A stretch of DNA of 41,054 nt from Octopus bimaculoides (GCF_001194135.2 NC_069000.1:16779140-16820193); one strand, 5' to 3'. Numbered from the stretch's first letter, positions 11,334 through 25,173 are shown. Notes: a model not told the origin generated them from the letters alone. Numbers and translations: made by a program.

Positions 11334-11372
<39 letters not shown>

Positions 11373-11690
11373 GTATATGTATGCATGTGCACCGAAGTAT
11401 GATGATGGAGAGACAAACAGACAGAGATAAATCTATACATACACACACACACACTCATATACGCATACATTTGCATATATGCATATTAGTTTACGCCATT
11501 TGTTCCCTAAGTTACCCCCTCCACGCCTATTCAGTGAAGATATCCCTTTAGACTTAATAATGTGACCCCTTTAAAGTTTATTTAACAGTATTTGCCATCA
11601 ACTTCTGTTGTATTTCCGGTCTTGTTCAAGCCTCCTTTCTCTTCCATGACTTTTTTGTCCCCCCCCCCCATTCTCTCTTTCTCATTCCTA

Positions 11691-11729
<39 letters not shown>

Positions 11730-11869
11730 AAGCTATCTAGTTATCTATCTGTTTGTGTTTATCTCTATGTACATCTATATGCCTTCCCATCTGCCTCGTT
11801 ATCTATCTACCTATCTAATATATCTAACTACCTAGTTAGCTACTTAACTTCCTAATCATCATTATTACT

Positions 11870-12165
11870 CTTGCTCTCTCTTCCTCTCACTCTCTTTCTC
11901 ACCCTCTCCCCTCTTCCTCCTTCTCACACTTCCTCCCTCCCTCCCTATCTTTTTCAGTCTTCATCACCTTTCTCTCTCCTTCTCTCTCCCTCCATCCCCT
12001 CTTTCTCTCCTCCCCTTCTATGTGCTTCTGTCTCAAAATGCGTTTTCCCTCAGTCTCTCCAACTCAATCCTCTTCAGTATTCATAACATAGTCTTTCTCT
12101 TATTTTCTTGTACCGCTCCCCTTCTCCTCCTCTTTCTCTTTCTCTCTCCTTCTTTTTCTCTCTCC

Positions 12166-12220
<55 letters not shown>

Positions 12221-12290
12221 TATATATATATATATATCATCCTCCTCTTCTTTTCATCCTATTATTTATCCTCTCTCATCACTTTTGTGA
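11870..12290. repeat. CT-rich polypyrimidine low-complexity tract with (CT)n and (TA)n
   Basis: Direct reading. Confidence 0.85.
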
Positions 12291-12532
12291 TTCGCAGCTG
12301 CCCGAGTAATTACAGATGACAGTTTACTGGCAAAGGGTCAATAGTTCGCTTCCTGGCAACGGTGGGGCGAATTCTATTTACTTATAAACAAATATATCTA
12401 AGATGAAGGTTACAGCTGGATATTGAACTGTTGATTCAGGCGTCAGCAGTTCATATTCTCTCCTAAGACATTCTTGTGCCAATTTCTATGCCACTAAACT
12501 CTTAAATGGTAATCACTATTAGTCGTACATAT

Positions 12533-12761
12533 AAGGCGGTGAGCTGGCAGAATCGTTAGGGCGCCGGACAAAATGCTTAGCGGCATTTCGTTCGTCTTTA
12601 CGTTCTGAGTTCAAATTCCACCGAGAGATCGACTTTGCCTTCAAGAAACCGATAGAATACGCACCAGGTTTACAAAGAGTAATTCCAGGGGTTGATTTCC
12701 TTGACTAAAAAGCGGTGCTGCAGCATTGCCACAATCAAATGACTGAAACAAGTAAAAGAGT
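12533..12761 (+). mobile_element. Chimeric SINE: family B 5' head plus family A 3' tail
   Basis: 12533-~12640 matches the family B head (aaggcggtgagctggcagaatcgttag...gactttgccttc). ~12641-12761 matches the family A tail (accgatagaat...atgactgaaacaagtaaaagagt). Confidence 0.75.
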
Positions 12762-14232
12762 CTTTAGTTTTAAGACCTACCATCTTACATCTCATTATTC
12801 GGATTCCCAGTCATAAGAGTAGATACGAAGAGCCCTTGGTATTGAATATGATGATCAGGAACGTGAAATTCGAAGAACTGGTTGTGTCATGCCAGTTGCA
12901 TAACCATAACCACCGCCTGTTCCTTGGCATTGAGTACCGTTTTGAACTTTCCGTCTCTATCGACCTACACTAGACTTTTCACACACATGTACACATGCAG
13001 CCACTCACAAACACACAGTAAGATGGTTAGTATTTTCCATTATAAAAATTAAATTTAATTAAATCAGGTATTATATGAACTCGAATCCAAGATAGTAAAA
13101 TTGTGCACAGCATCACCGCGGTTCTGTGCACATTTTTTTCCAATTTTGGATTCGTGTTTATAAAGCAAATAATCGAATTTAATGTGTGTCTGTGTGTGTA
13201 TAAATACACACCCATAGATTTATTCTCAATACTTTTAATCTATTTATCCAGCGCTCCTAGTCAACATTTCATCTCTCCCTATCGAAGAGTTTAGCCTAAC
13301 ATCCTTAAAGGGAAAATGAAGAGTTCCTCACAACAGCAACAATCAAGCCAAGTGATCAACAACGATTTAACTTCACAAACATGATTGTAATCATTGATAA
13401 GGTTCCAAGATACACATGTCATGAGAGAAGTCATTAACGAGAAAAAATAGCAAGGAATCGTCTGTCAAGATTGACATTCTGAGGATAAGGAAAAGGAGAC
13501 CCGTAAAGATACACTGTGTAGATATTGACAGAATAAACTGATAATATATAGACGTTGACTAAACATTTAGTTAATGTGTTTAGATATATACAAAATGTAG
13601 ATGTAGATACAATGCATAAATGCTACCTAGATAATTAGATATTGTGGATAGTTGCTGGATAGATAGCTATGTAAAATGTGTTGATGTTCACTGGGCAGCA
13701 TGCATGCAGTTTTTGACAGGATAAGTAGTAAATCTAACATTTTGACTGAATAAATAAAAACAGTATACGTTGCTTAAAGCCAGATCAGCCACGATACAGG
13801 AAAGTCATGATGTACGCTGATGTTCTGGCGTTAGTTCGTTGTGATCGATAGACACAGTATATAAATATTGAATGAGTTGACAGATAAAATGTGTAGATGT
13901 TGACTGGATAGGCAGACATAATATGTAGAACAAAAAGCATAGAATCTGAATAACTAGTAATGTTTTTGCGTCGGTGAAAAAGTAATACTTATAATTCAAA
14001 CAGTGGAATATGTTTTATGGCGTGAGGATAAATGAAAGCCTAACATTCCGAGCAGAACCTTTCATCACAGAAAAATTAAACTTTAGCTGGAATTGAAGAA
14101 TGAACGGAGTTTAGTGAGAGACAAAGAGAAGAAAGGATCATCGAAAAGGAGGGAGAGGAAGTAAATATGAGTGGAGGAGGAGGAAACAATCAGAATGAGG
14201 GATCAAATTTAAACTCAGTAATTCTTTATACT

Positions 14233-14804
14233 TACTCTTTTACTCTTTTACTTGTTTCATTCATTTGATTGCGGCCATCCTGGAGCACCACCTTTGGTCG
14301 AGCAAATCGACCCCCCAGGACTTATTCTTTGTAAGCCTAGTACTTATTTTATCGGTCTCTTTTAAAGAACCGCTAAGTTACGGGGGACGTAAACACACCA
14401 GCATCGGTTGCCAAGTGATGCTGGAGGAACAAATACAGACACACAAACACACACACACATGTAGATACATATATATATATACGACGGGCTCCTTTCAGTT
14501 TCCGCCTACCAAATCCACTCACAACGCTTTGGTCGGCCCGAGGCTATAGTAGAAGGCACTTGCCCAAGGTGTCACGCAGTGGGACTGAACCCGGAACCAT
14601 GTGGTTGGTAAGCAAGATAGATATATATATATACATATATACACGGGCTTCCTTCAGTTTCCGTCCACCAAATCCACTCACAAGGCCTTGGTCGGCCCGA
14701 GGCTATAGTAGAAGACACTTGCCCAAGGTGCCACGCAGTGGGACTGAACCCGGAACCATGTGGCTGGTAAGCAAGCTACTTATCACACAGCCACGCCTGC
14801 GCCT
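14233..14804 (-). mobile_element. tRNA-derived SINE family A with a second tandem 5' half
   Basis: Head (reverse complement) aggcgcaggcgtggctgtgtgataag...ggttcagtccc with A/B-box-like motifs; tail (tactctt)n at 14233. The ~150-bp 5' module occurs twice (~14480-14607 and ~14640-14804). Confidence 0.9.
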
Positions 14805-15371
14805 ACTTAGGTAAAACTAGAATTCGTTTCGCTGACGCCTTCTATGAGCACCTTCATGACTTTCGGAATACCACCCAAGCAATCTGTAAAATCGTGACGT
14901 GACATTTAAATTCGTTAGATTATTTATTCTTTCTGTGACAACTCTGTATACGGAATCCCTTTACATCACAGCTCAACCCTCGCCCGTATATGGAAAGAGG
15001 AAAAATCTAATCTGAACTCTAGATAGTTCTTTGCCCCTCCATCTTTGAAATAGATCGTAAAATTCCTTCTGTATCACTACATTATATGTGAATGCATTTG
15101 TTTGTATATGTGCGTGTGTGCGTGTGTATGTATGTGTATGTATGTGTGTATATTTGCTTACACTCAAGTACTCACATACACACACATTCACACACACACA
15201 TATGTATGATAATGACCAATGCAATATCTGTGTGTGGTCTTATAACTGTGTTTTTATTGTTAATATACGTACCTTGATATATATATATATATATACACAC
15301 ACACATACATATATATGTATGTATATATGCATATGTATATTGATATATATACATATATATGTATATACATA

Positions 15372-15403
<32 letters not shown>

Positions 15404-15662
15404 NNNNNNNNNNNNNNNNNNNNNNNNNNNNNNNNNNNNNNNNNNNNNNNNNNNNNNNNNNNNNNNNNNNNNNNNNNNNNNNNNNNNNNNNNNNNNNNNN
15501 NNNNNNNNNNNNNNNNNNNNNNNNNNNNNNNNNNNNNNNNNNNNNNNNNNNNNNNNNNNNNNNNNNNNNNNNNNNNNNNNNNNNNNNNNNNNNNNNNNNN
15601 NNNNNNNNNNNNNNNNNNNNNNNNNNNNNNNNNNNNNNNNNNNNNNNNNNNNNNNNNNNNNN

Positions 15663-15712
<50 letters not shown>

Positions 15713-17236
15713 TCTCAACGTTTTCCAGGTCTTGGTTTTCCAAAAGTCTTGCTTTTCCTTCCTTATGTTTATTTTTTTACTGACCATTGCTCCACAACCA
15801 ATCTCTATTCATACATATTAACGATTTTCCTTCTTCTTCTCCTCCTCATCTTCCTCCTCATTTCTCTGTTCCTGCTCCTCCTCCTCCTAATTCTTTCACT
15901 AATCTCAGCATATTTCTTCTTCAGCATTATTCCTTGACTTTCTTTGACGAAGCTTTTTACCCGACACGTTAGTTTTCTCTTTCTCCCATCGCATAAAATA
16001 TGTTCCACTATTTGAACAGTGTATAGATGCTAACGGGGTTAAATGACATTTTGCGTAGATGTTGGCCCTATTAACAGAATTAGTAGACGCTGAATGAATG
16101 AGTTCACTGTAGAATTTCATGACAACAGACGGAATAAATAGACTCTGTGGAAATGAATAAGTCAAAAATAATATTAAATAAATCAACAAATAAGTGTGAA
16201 ATAATTGCCAAAACCTCATATTACAATATTACAATGTCTATGAGTATACATACAAACATACATATGTATATGTATATACCTGCATATCATACACAGACAC
16301 ATACACACGCACACACACACACACACACACATACACACACACACGCACACACATACACACACACACACACATACAAACACACACACATACAAACACACAC
16401 ACATATATGTGCACATGGGCCCAGTTCATGCGAAGTAAGGCATGATAAGTTATACCGGATGTGAAGAACGAGCCAGTTTTGAAGAATTCGCCGAAACGAA
16501 TTAGGGTTTGCCGCAAAGGGATTTTAAATGATGCTGATGATGATCTTGAATTTCTTCTTCTTCTTCTTCTTCTTGCTGTTCCTGTTGCGTTTACCCTTGT
16601 TGTAGTTATTGTTGGTCGTGCTGGTGGTAGTCGAGGGGAATAGTCTTTGTGATAGTGGGTCTGGTGTTGGTGGTGTCTGCTAAATGTGTTGTTTGAGCGA
16701 TTAATAGGAAATTATGTAGCAAGTAAAATGGGGAGTGAAGTGAGATGTATATATAAGTGTGTATATATAAATGTATATATATATATATATATATGCATGT
16801 ATATGTGCGTATTCGTCTGTGAATGTGATTCAAAAGGATAGGAAAAACAAAAGTAGATTGAGTAGAGATTACACGTACACACATGCATACATACACATGC
16901 GCAAACTTCCACTCAAACACACATACACATGCACACGCACATACATACAGTCACACACAGACACACACACTAATGCCTCGATTAGCGAAACTATTTCCAT
17001 ATCAGAAATTTGCCATCAGAGGAAGTTAAAACAGAGAAGGGGAAGGTTGCGGTGTATGCAAATCAATCCTTTTAATTATTGAAAGAAATATACGCTTGTT
17101 TAATATACCGTGAGCCTGCAATGTCACTACATATGTACAAAGGTCATAAAAGCAAACTTATATGGAATTCAGTAATAAAATATAGTTTATGCAACAAGTC
17201 AAAATACGAAACAATGAAATGCAATGTTTAAAATGT

Positions 17237-17342
17237 TGACAAAGTTCTGTGCTGCATCTCATGCACAGAACTTTGTCAGCACAGAACTTTGTCAGCACAG
17301 AACTTTGTCAGCACAGAACTTTGTCAGCACAGAACTTTGTCA
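17237..17342. repeat. Five tandem copies of gcacagaactttgtca preceded by one inverted copy
   Basis: Units at 17263, 17279, 17295, 17311 and 17327. Exact reverse complement tgacaaagttctgtgc at 17237-17252. Confidence 0.95.
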
Positions 17343-17625
17343 GTGAACAGGTCGCGGTCTCAAAGCGACGAAAATATTTTGACAAATTAAATTTAAATTT
17401 TGAAGTGAATCTAACGGTTTTTGTGTGTTATTTTAAATGGCTTATAAACACCTTCCACGCTGCAATTGTTATATATATATANNNNNNNNNNNNNNNNNNN
17501 NNNNNNNNNNNNNNNNNNNNNNNNNNNNNNNNNNNNNNNNNNNNNNNNNNNNNNNNNNNNNNNNNNNNNNNNNNNNNNNNNNNNNNNNNNNNNNNNNNNN
17601 NNNNNNNNNNNNNNNNNNNNNNNNN

Positions 17626-17674
<49 letters not shown>

Positions 17675-17679
17675 CAGAC

Positions 17680-17732
<53 letters not shown>

Positions 17733-17949
17733 TGCATGCACGCATGTATGTATGTATAGTCCGCATGCATGCATTTATAAACGCATGTATGTATAATCCT
17801 CATGCATGCATTTTATAAAAGTGCATGTGTAGGTAAGGAGCAATGATGCATCAATTCAGCCGCATATGACTCGTAAACCAACAACGTGCTAAAAACTCGG
17901 AGCATTTAGATCAAGATAGTTCTTAAATGTCTGAAGTATTACCCGCCTG

Positions 17950-18880
17950 CATTGTTCCCTTCATGCTGTGGATCTCACTAATTGCTCGAACTAATAACGA
18001 TCTCACAAATTAAAGATAGCTTGCATTTAGCATACAACATAGTCAATGATAAATGTCTGCTAAACGAGATTCTGGAGATTATGAAGAACATCCGGTTTTT
18101 AGAGTTGATTTATAGTAAGTTAGAAACAGAGACATTCTTTCTAGAGTTGGGTGGCAAACAGCATATGCCGACAAAGGATCTATCTCACCGAAGAAAGCGT
18201 GCTTCGACAGGAAGCAATTATGACTGGATCGAGCTTCTTAATACATGTAGGCTTTCCGACATTTGAATGGTTTCCTCAGTTGTAAGAACTTGTACTTCAT
18301 CTTGTACTTGTGAATTTTTGCTCCTGATATTATTGAAAGTACTTCATTTCACCTTTACGTTACACGCTGTGAGTCTTGAAATTGAGACAACATTGAAGGT
18401 ATGGCTGAACATGATCATACTATAATTATGCTAATAGGTTTTCACAGTACACAACACACTAGAGATGTTCCAGTCGAAATTATTAGAAGATGGCGTTTTC
18501 ATTCACGTTTCTCAGATGGAATTTGGTGGAATTTCTCAGCCTTTTGTGCGCAAAGAAATCTTAATGAAGAAATTTTAGTACTGTACGGAAGCACCCAAAT
18601 CATCAGCGCATACAATAGGGCGTGTAGCATCACTTCCTGATTGATCGTCGCTGTACAAATTGACAAATGAGAGCTAGAACGCACATTGAGCAAAACAATT
18701 CAACTCACACGGTTTGCCATCAGACTCTGCAAAGGTCACCTTGGTTTCTTGTGATCAATCAACTCGATGAACCGGATGCTCTTCGTAATCTCCAGGATCT
18801 TATTGAGTGGACGTCAATCACTGAAAATGCTGTATGCTACATACAAGTAATCTTCATTCTACGGGACCGCTAGGCTGAGT
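17950..18880. mobile_element. Decayed RTE-like reverse-transcriptase fragments in opposite orientations
   Basis: Minus strand shows remnants resembling LYxAF.D, KILxxYG.P, GCVLAP and a frameshifted YADD (tatgcgctgatgat). Plus strand 18067-18110 is an inverted homolog of 18757-18801. Confidence 0.45.
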
Positions 18881-19537
18881 TTTATTTGTTAGTAAGCTCC
18901 ACAGTATGAAAGGAACACAGCTGGAGGTAATACTTCTGATGCATAAGAACTAGTAACTACCAGAGAATCAACATGACTTCTTGTTTTCTTGATCTATATG
19001 CTCCGAGTTTTAAGCACGTTGTTCGTTTATGAGTCATATACGGTCTGAAATGATGAGCCATTGCTCATTACGCACGCACACACTAAAACAAGTTTATAAA
19101 TCCATGTGTGTGAATTGTATATGAGTGTGTGTATTACATACACACACACACACATATATACATATATGATATATAATATATATATATATATGCATACGTA
19201 CACGTGTATATTTCACTTCTGCGTATTCCTGCCACCCCAATATATTCTGGATGTGGGAGTAGTTATTGGCATTCGGATGAAGGAATGTGTGACGAATTTC
19301 AAAGAATTAAACATAACACCAAAAGAACAAATTGAAATAAATCCTAAATTAAATAATACATATATATATATGTATTTGTATACACAGACGCACACACACG
19401 TTTCATATTGAGTCATACATTATAGTGAGAAAGAGGAGGAGTTGGGATGTATTACGGTGCTGGCCGACATCGATGATTGGCCTTGATGATAATTGAGGGT
19501 GATAATTGCAATAATAATGGCGATTACCTTGGTGACG

Positions 19538-19609
19538 ATGCATATAATAATGCATATAATAATGCATATAATAATGCATATAATAATGCATATAATAATG
19601 CATATAATA
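19538..19609. repeat. Six perfect copies of 12-bp unit atgcatataata
   Basis: Direct count. Confidence 0.95.
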
Positions 19610-20220
19610 ATGATGATGATCCTTACGTTGATTGTAGTGACGATGATGAGACTAAAACTGATGTTGATGAAATAAGTAACATTCAATAAAAAAAAATCTA
19701 CCTAGTCTCCCCTTATATACATACACGCTTATATACACAAAATATATACAAACACATGCACCTATACATACATACATACATACATACATACATACATACA
19801 TACATACATACATACAAATGTATTTAATATGATATTTAACACACACTCACATACATATAGAGGTGCAAACGACACTATTGATTATTATAAAGAAGCATAC
19901 GAACAGAATCGTAGATAAACATCGAAGCACATACACACGCGCATGCAACTACATACATACATACATACATACATACATACATTCATACATATGTATATAT
20001 ATGTATATATANNNNNNNNNNNNNNNNNNNNNNNNNNNNNNNNNNNNNNNNNNNNNNNNNNNNNNNNNNNNNNNNNNNNNNNNNNNNNNNNNNNNNNNNN
20101 NNNNNNNNNNNNNNNNGAATTTAAGGATTGGAGAAAACGCATGTTATAATTGCATACTTTATTCTGTATATGTATATACATATATATATATATATACATA
20201 CATATACATACTCACAAACT

Positions 20221-20306
20221 CACACATATAAATCACATTATATCAAAATCATATATACACAAACACACACATATAAATCACATTATATCAAAATCATATA
20301 CACACA
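20221..20306. repeat. Tandem duplication of a ~43-bp unit (cacacatataaatcacattatatcaaaatcatata...)
   Basis: Two near-identical adjacent copies read directly. Confidence 0.85.
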
Positions 20307-21831
20307 CACACACACACACACATACGTACTTTACACACTTAACAAACACGCACACACATAAGGAATGGGGTGCTATAGATATATATGATTTTCAATTGGA
20401 AACGGTGCCAAGTAGCCAAATAATGTCAGTTGTAAACAGATGAAATGTCGACACAATCAACAATTAAGTCTTCTGAAAGAAACATAAAAGATTCCTTTTA
20501 GTCTTAGCAAAAGAATGTTCCTCAGCTCCAAAACCCCCACTGCTTCCATATCTCCATTACCATTTACACCACCGACACCGCCAACATTTTCACAACCCCC
20601 ACCACCACTACTATCACCACCGCTTCCACGACCATCGTCTTCTCCTCCACCACCAACGCTAAAAAATATCAACCACTAAATTAGCCTCTTTTTTCACCTC
20701 CATTCTCAGCCAGTAAACTAAGCTCAGGAATTTGCTAGTCCCACAGGCTGTGGAACCTACACATGTGTCGAAAAAGTTTCTATGTGCGTATGTATGTAAG
20801 TAGGTGAGAGTATGTTTCACTGAGTACGTATGTGTCTATTTGTGTGTATGTGTGTATATGCGTGTATACACACATATATGTGTCATTCTGAATACGTATA
20901 TGTGTATGCATGTGTTAACATGTATATACGTTTGTATGAATGGATGAATGAATGTATTTGTGCATGTGTGATTTTGCAATTTTTAATGTGCTTGCATGAC
21001 CCGATACGAGCCAACAGTGAATCCTTAGTAGAACCACTTGACTTTCAAGAAATAATAGTTAAAACTCTAACTATTGCTTTCAAAAATTAAAGAACAGAGG
21101 GAAAGACAGGATGATTACAACTTGAATCCCTTTGATCGTAGTTCTGCTCAGTCATGGATGACCTAGGGCTAAACAACAATAACCTGACTTAGCACAATTT
21201 TCTGGTATGCCATTGCTTCCTCTTTCCTACCCGCTTTGCACTGTGGTAGTGCGCTACCTCGAAATTCGTATTTTCGAGAACTGATTACAGAGTAGGTTAC
21301 AGTCTTTGTACTAAAATATCTCGCCTCGCCTTCCACTGACATCATATTATTTCATATTGCTTGGAATGTCGCATGAGCGAAGCGAAAGAGCTATTGTTCG
21401 ACAGTTGTTTCATTCATATTATTTATCGAATTCCAAAAATGATAAAGGTGGTAAAAATAGCAAGGAACAATGTTTAGTTGTATGCTTTTAAGTTATGAAT
21501 TGATCACCGCTGATTTTAAACTTTCCTGTCATCGTTTCCGGATTTGATGAAATAAATATCAGAAATGAGTATTAGATGAATTGTAGTACAGTCGTCTCTC
21601 TTTCCTAGTCTGTAACATCTTGAATGTTCATAACGGTAAAGAGTTAGAAGTTTATGCTCGCCTACAGCAATTATCGAATGCATGGTATACTCGTTCGTGT
21701 GTGACGGCTAACTATACTATGCCTCTTTTTCTTTGAATCATGACGTTACCGATGATTATTTGAATGACTTCCATAGGACAGTGGTTCTCAATCTTCATTT
21801 TCATTGGTGTACTAGAGATGAAAAAAAAATA

Positions 21832-23012
21832 CACAGGCCACAAAAAGAAAAATGTTTCTCTGCTGTCAAAAGATTTTTACTTCATCTAGGGAATTTTTTG
21901 ACACGCCGAATCCGAAAATGACATTCATTTATTATCATCACGTTTAAGATTTAACGATACTGGATCCGCCGTAGAATTTCATTATCTTTTCGTTTGGGTT
22001 TTTTTTTTTTTAATAAAACAGCTTATGAGAAACAAGGCATAACATACAAACATACAAAGAAATTGGTTTTTCTTCAAAACAAGAATCTTTTCTTAAAAAA
22101 CACTACTGAAAAACTAATAGCAATCTTAACATTTCTACAAACAAATTACATCATTATTTAAGCCTAATTTCCCATGAATTCGCGTTTGGATGATTTTCTT
22201 GAGTGCTGAACCCCAGAAAGATCACGAGCCAAGTTTCAGCAATAGTTTGTCATCATATACAAATCTCACCTGCCTTGATACCTTTCTTCCATTGATTTTA
22301 TGTCCTCATGGAAACGTTCTCCTTGCTTGTTACTTGTGTCTCCAAGATTATCAAATTGACTGTGCAGCTTCTTTGCTCATATTTTCTTCCAACTCTTGAA
22401 AGTTCTCCAGTATACTTTCGACTATTTCGGCATAGTTGGCTGCTTACTTATTACCCAGTAAGTCATTTACAATTATTACAGATAAATTCCTTGCTGCTGC
22501 TTCAATGCAATTCTTTGAATTTACAAAGTTCCCATCTTCCAACAATTTTCTGATTTGCGGCCCATTTTCTGATTTGAGGCCCATTTTCTGATTTGAGGCT
22601 TTGATCTTTTCACTGCTCAGGCCGGGAAATACGTTGCAAATATAGTGAAAGTATGGTCCATCTTTATCCAGAGCTTTATCCAAGTTTGATATGGAGAGGA
22701 GGTAGGATGATTTTTCCCGATTGAACTAAAGGCTCTTCGACTATACTAAAAGACTGTGGAACTAATGTTCGATGCGACCATTCTTTGATCACCTAATGTT
22801 TTACTCCGTGCTCTGCATAAGAAGCATAGATATATGGAGCATCCAGGAGAAACTTGACGATTTTAAAATCCACGCATATTGGCGGAGGAGGAGTTGTGTG
22901 AATATCTTGCAATCTAGACGTGATGGTTAAAAAAATGGATTCCGTTTTTGGATTCAAAACATCAAGAAACTTGTAAATCAGATAAAAACGTTCTAACAAC
23001 AAAATACCTGTG
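21832..23012 (-). mobile_element. Internally deleted DNA transposon with decayed transposase, CMC/Chapaev3-like
   Basis: Minus strand ICVDFKIVKFLL, EEPLVQSGKIILPPLHIKLG, KALDKDGPYFHYICNVFPGLSSEKIK..GPQIRKLL and NLGDTSNKQGERFHEDIKSMEERYQGR. Ends CACAGG...CCTGTG with similar subterminal motifs. The superfamily name is from recall and needs checking; TSD not evident. Confidence 0.8.
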
Positions 23013-23501
23013 GGTTGTGTTATTGATGCACTTAGGATGGAAACTTAAAAAGATAATCTTTTCAAATTAAAAGTTCAAAAAGAAAAAAAAGAAAAACATT
23101 GCCTTTCTGGTTTTATGAATCAGACTTCAGTATAGCAAATATCACTATTTTCAAGATATTTAAGTATTAATGTGGATTTTCTTAAGAGTTAAGTTACATT
23201 TCTAAAAGATTTTGCGGTGCATCGAGGTATCCCATACAAGGCATTAGTGCATCGTGGCATACTATTTCAGAATTAGTGCTATGCAGATATAAGGTAGCGG
23301 TGAAGCGTAGTGAAATTTTGAACTCAGTACGTTGAAGAATGGAACTAAATACTGTAATGCATTTAATTCGGTGCTTTCAATACATAACACATTCTTGGTG
23401 GCTAATTCTATGAATAAATTACTAGTGCGTTAGCACCACTAATTTATTCATGTTGTTTTGTTTTATACAGTGCTACAAAGAATTATATATANNNNNNNNN
23501 N

Positions 23502-23532
<31 letters not shown>

Positions 23533-24460
23533 TAGTTTACCCAATTTGCTTAAGTTCTTAATAATGGATCTATTGTCTGATAATTGTTTATCTGTTCATG
23601 AAGATATAGGATATAAAGAACAGTGCATTTACATCTTCCGTCTATACATGGTGTTGACTAAACTTTATACATACATTCTGTGGCACAGCAAAGTATAGAA
23701 ATCGTAGAAAAGAGAAGCAAATGCCTTGTGGTATCTTATTACTTCTTTTATTTTTCGAATTCTACTGGGGATTGACTTTGTCTCTCAGCGCGCATCTGAA
23801 GGGGTACGAGGGATGAAATATGTAGCAGTAATATACCTGAGACCCATTCCACCGCTAGCACTTCTCATACACACTCATCAGTAAATTAATGGCCTTATGC
23901 TTATATTAGAAATTATTTATGACATGTACAAGAAAAAAGTCAAGTAGCAGGCACATTTGATAAGCGAAAACGACATACATGGAAGTATCAAGTTACCTTT
24001 ATTTACGTTCTAGGTTCAAATCCCACTGGAATCCATTTTGTATTCCAAGCCAATGCAATATTGTGTAACAAATGTAATACCATCATATTGTTCAGTGAAT
24101 TCAGATGACTTTTCTTATCTCCCTGTAAAAATAAATTTACGAAACAAATGCTTGTAGCCTTTTGCAAAAGACACAAGACATCATTACCATAATATCTTTT
24201 CAAATAATGAGTTTGTAGAAACTGTAGAGCGTCGGACCAAGTACAATGTATTCTAATCCCTTCCATTTCCGTTCAGAGTTCATGATCTACCAGTGTCAAT
24301 TTATTCATGTCATAGTATGGTCAATAAAAGATATAGAAATCAAATGTTGGGTATAATCGACTACATCCACCTTTGAATATATATGATCAAGCGATTTAAA
24401 TCTATCATCATACATACATATATACATGTATGTATGTATATATCTACCTATATATATATT

Positions 24461-24465
<5 letters not shown>

Positions 24466-24526
<61 letters not shown>

Positions 24527-24619
24527 CAGAGAGAGACAGAGAGAGACAGAGAGAGACAGAGACAGAGACAGAGACAGAGACAGAGACAGAGAGACAGAGA
24601 GAGACAGATAAAGAGAAAG

Positions 24620-24678
<59 letters not shown>

Positions 24679-24694
24679 TATATTGATAGGCAGG

Positions 24695-24766
<72 letters not shown>
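24466..24766. repeat. Compound microsatellite (TA)n(GA)n(GAGACA)n(GACA)n(GATA)n running into a gap
   Basis: Direct reading. Confidence 0.95.
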
Positions 24767-25129
24767 NNNNNNNNNNNNNNNNNNNNNNNNNNNNNNNNNN
24801 NNNNNNNNNNNNNNNNNNNNNNNNNNNNNNNNNNNNNNNNNNNNNNNNNNNNNNNNNNNNNNNNNNNNNNNNNNNNNNNNNNNNNNNNNNNNNNNNNNNN
24901 NNNNNNNNNNNNNNNNNNNNNNNNNNNNNNNNNNNNNNNNNNNNNNNNNNNNNNNNNNNNNNNNNNNNNNNNNNNNNNNNNNNNNNNNNNNNNNNNNNNN
25001 NNNNNNNNNNNNNNNNNNNNNNNNNNNNNNNNNNNNNNNNNNNNNNNNNNNNNNNNNNNNNNNNNNNNNNNNNNNNNNNNNNNNNNNNNNNNNNNNNNNN
25101 NNNNNNNNNNNNNNNNNNNNNNNNNNNNN

Positions 25130-25173
<44 letters not shown>

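Noticed and set aside
15088-15937. Long ORFs here and elsewhere (24305-25232, 39388-40551, etc.)
   Set aside because: Artefacts of N-gaps and di- or tetranucleotide repeats.
15940-15985. Hammerhead-like remnant (tttgacgaag...cccgacacgtt)
   Set aside because: Both core segments are mutated and the stems are not recoverable.
17263-17342. CRISPR-like array
   Set aside because: The repeats are contiguous with no spacers, and the context is eukaryotic.
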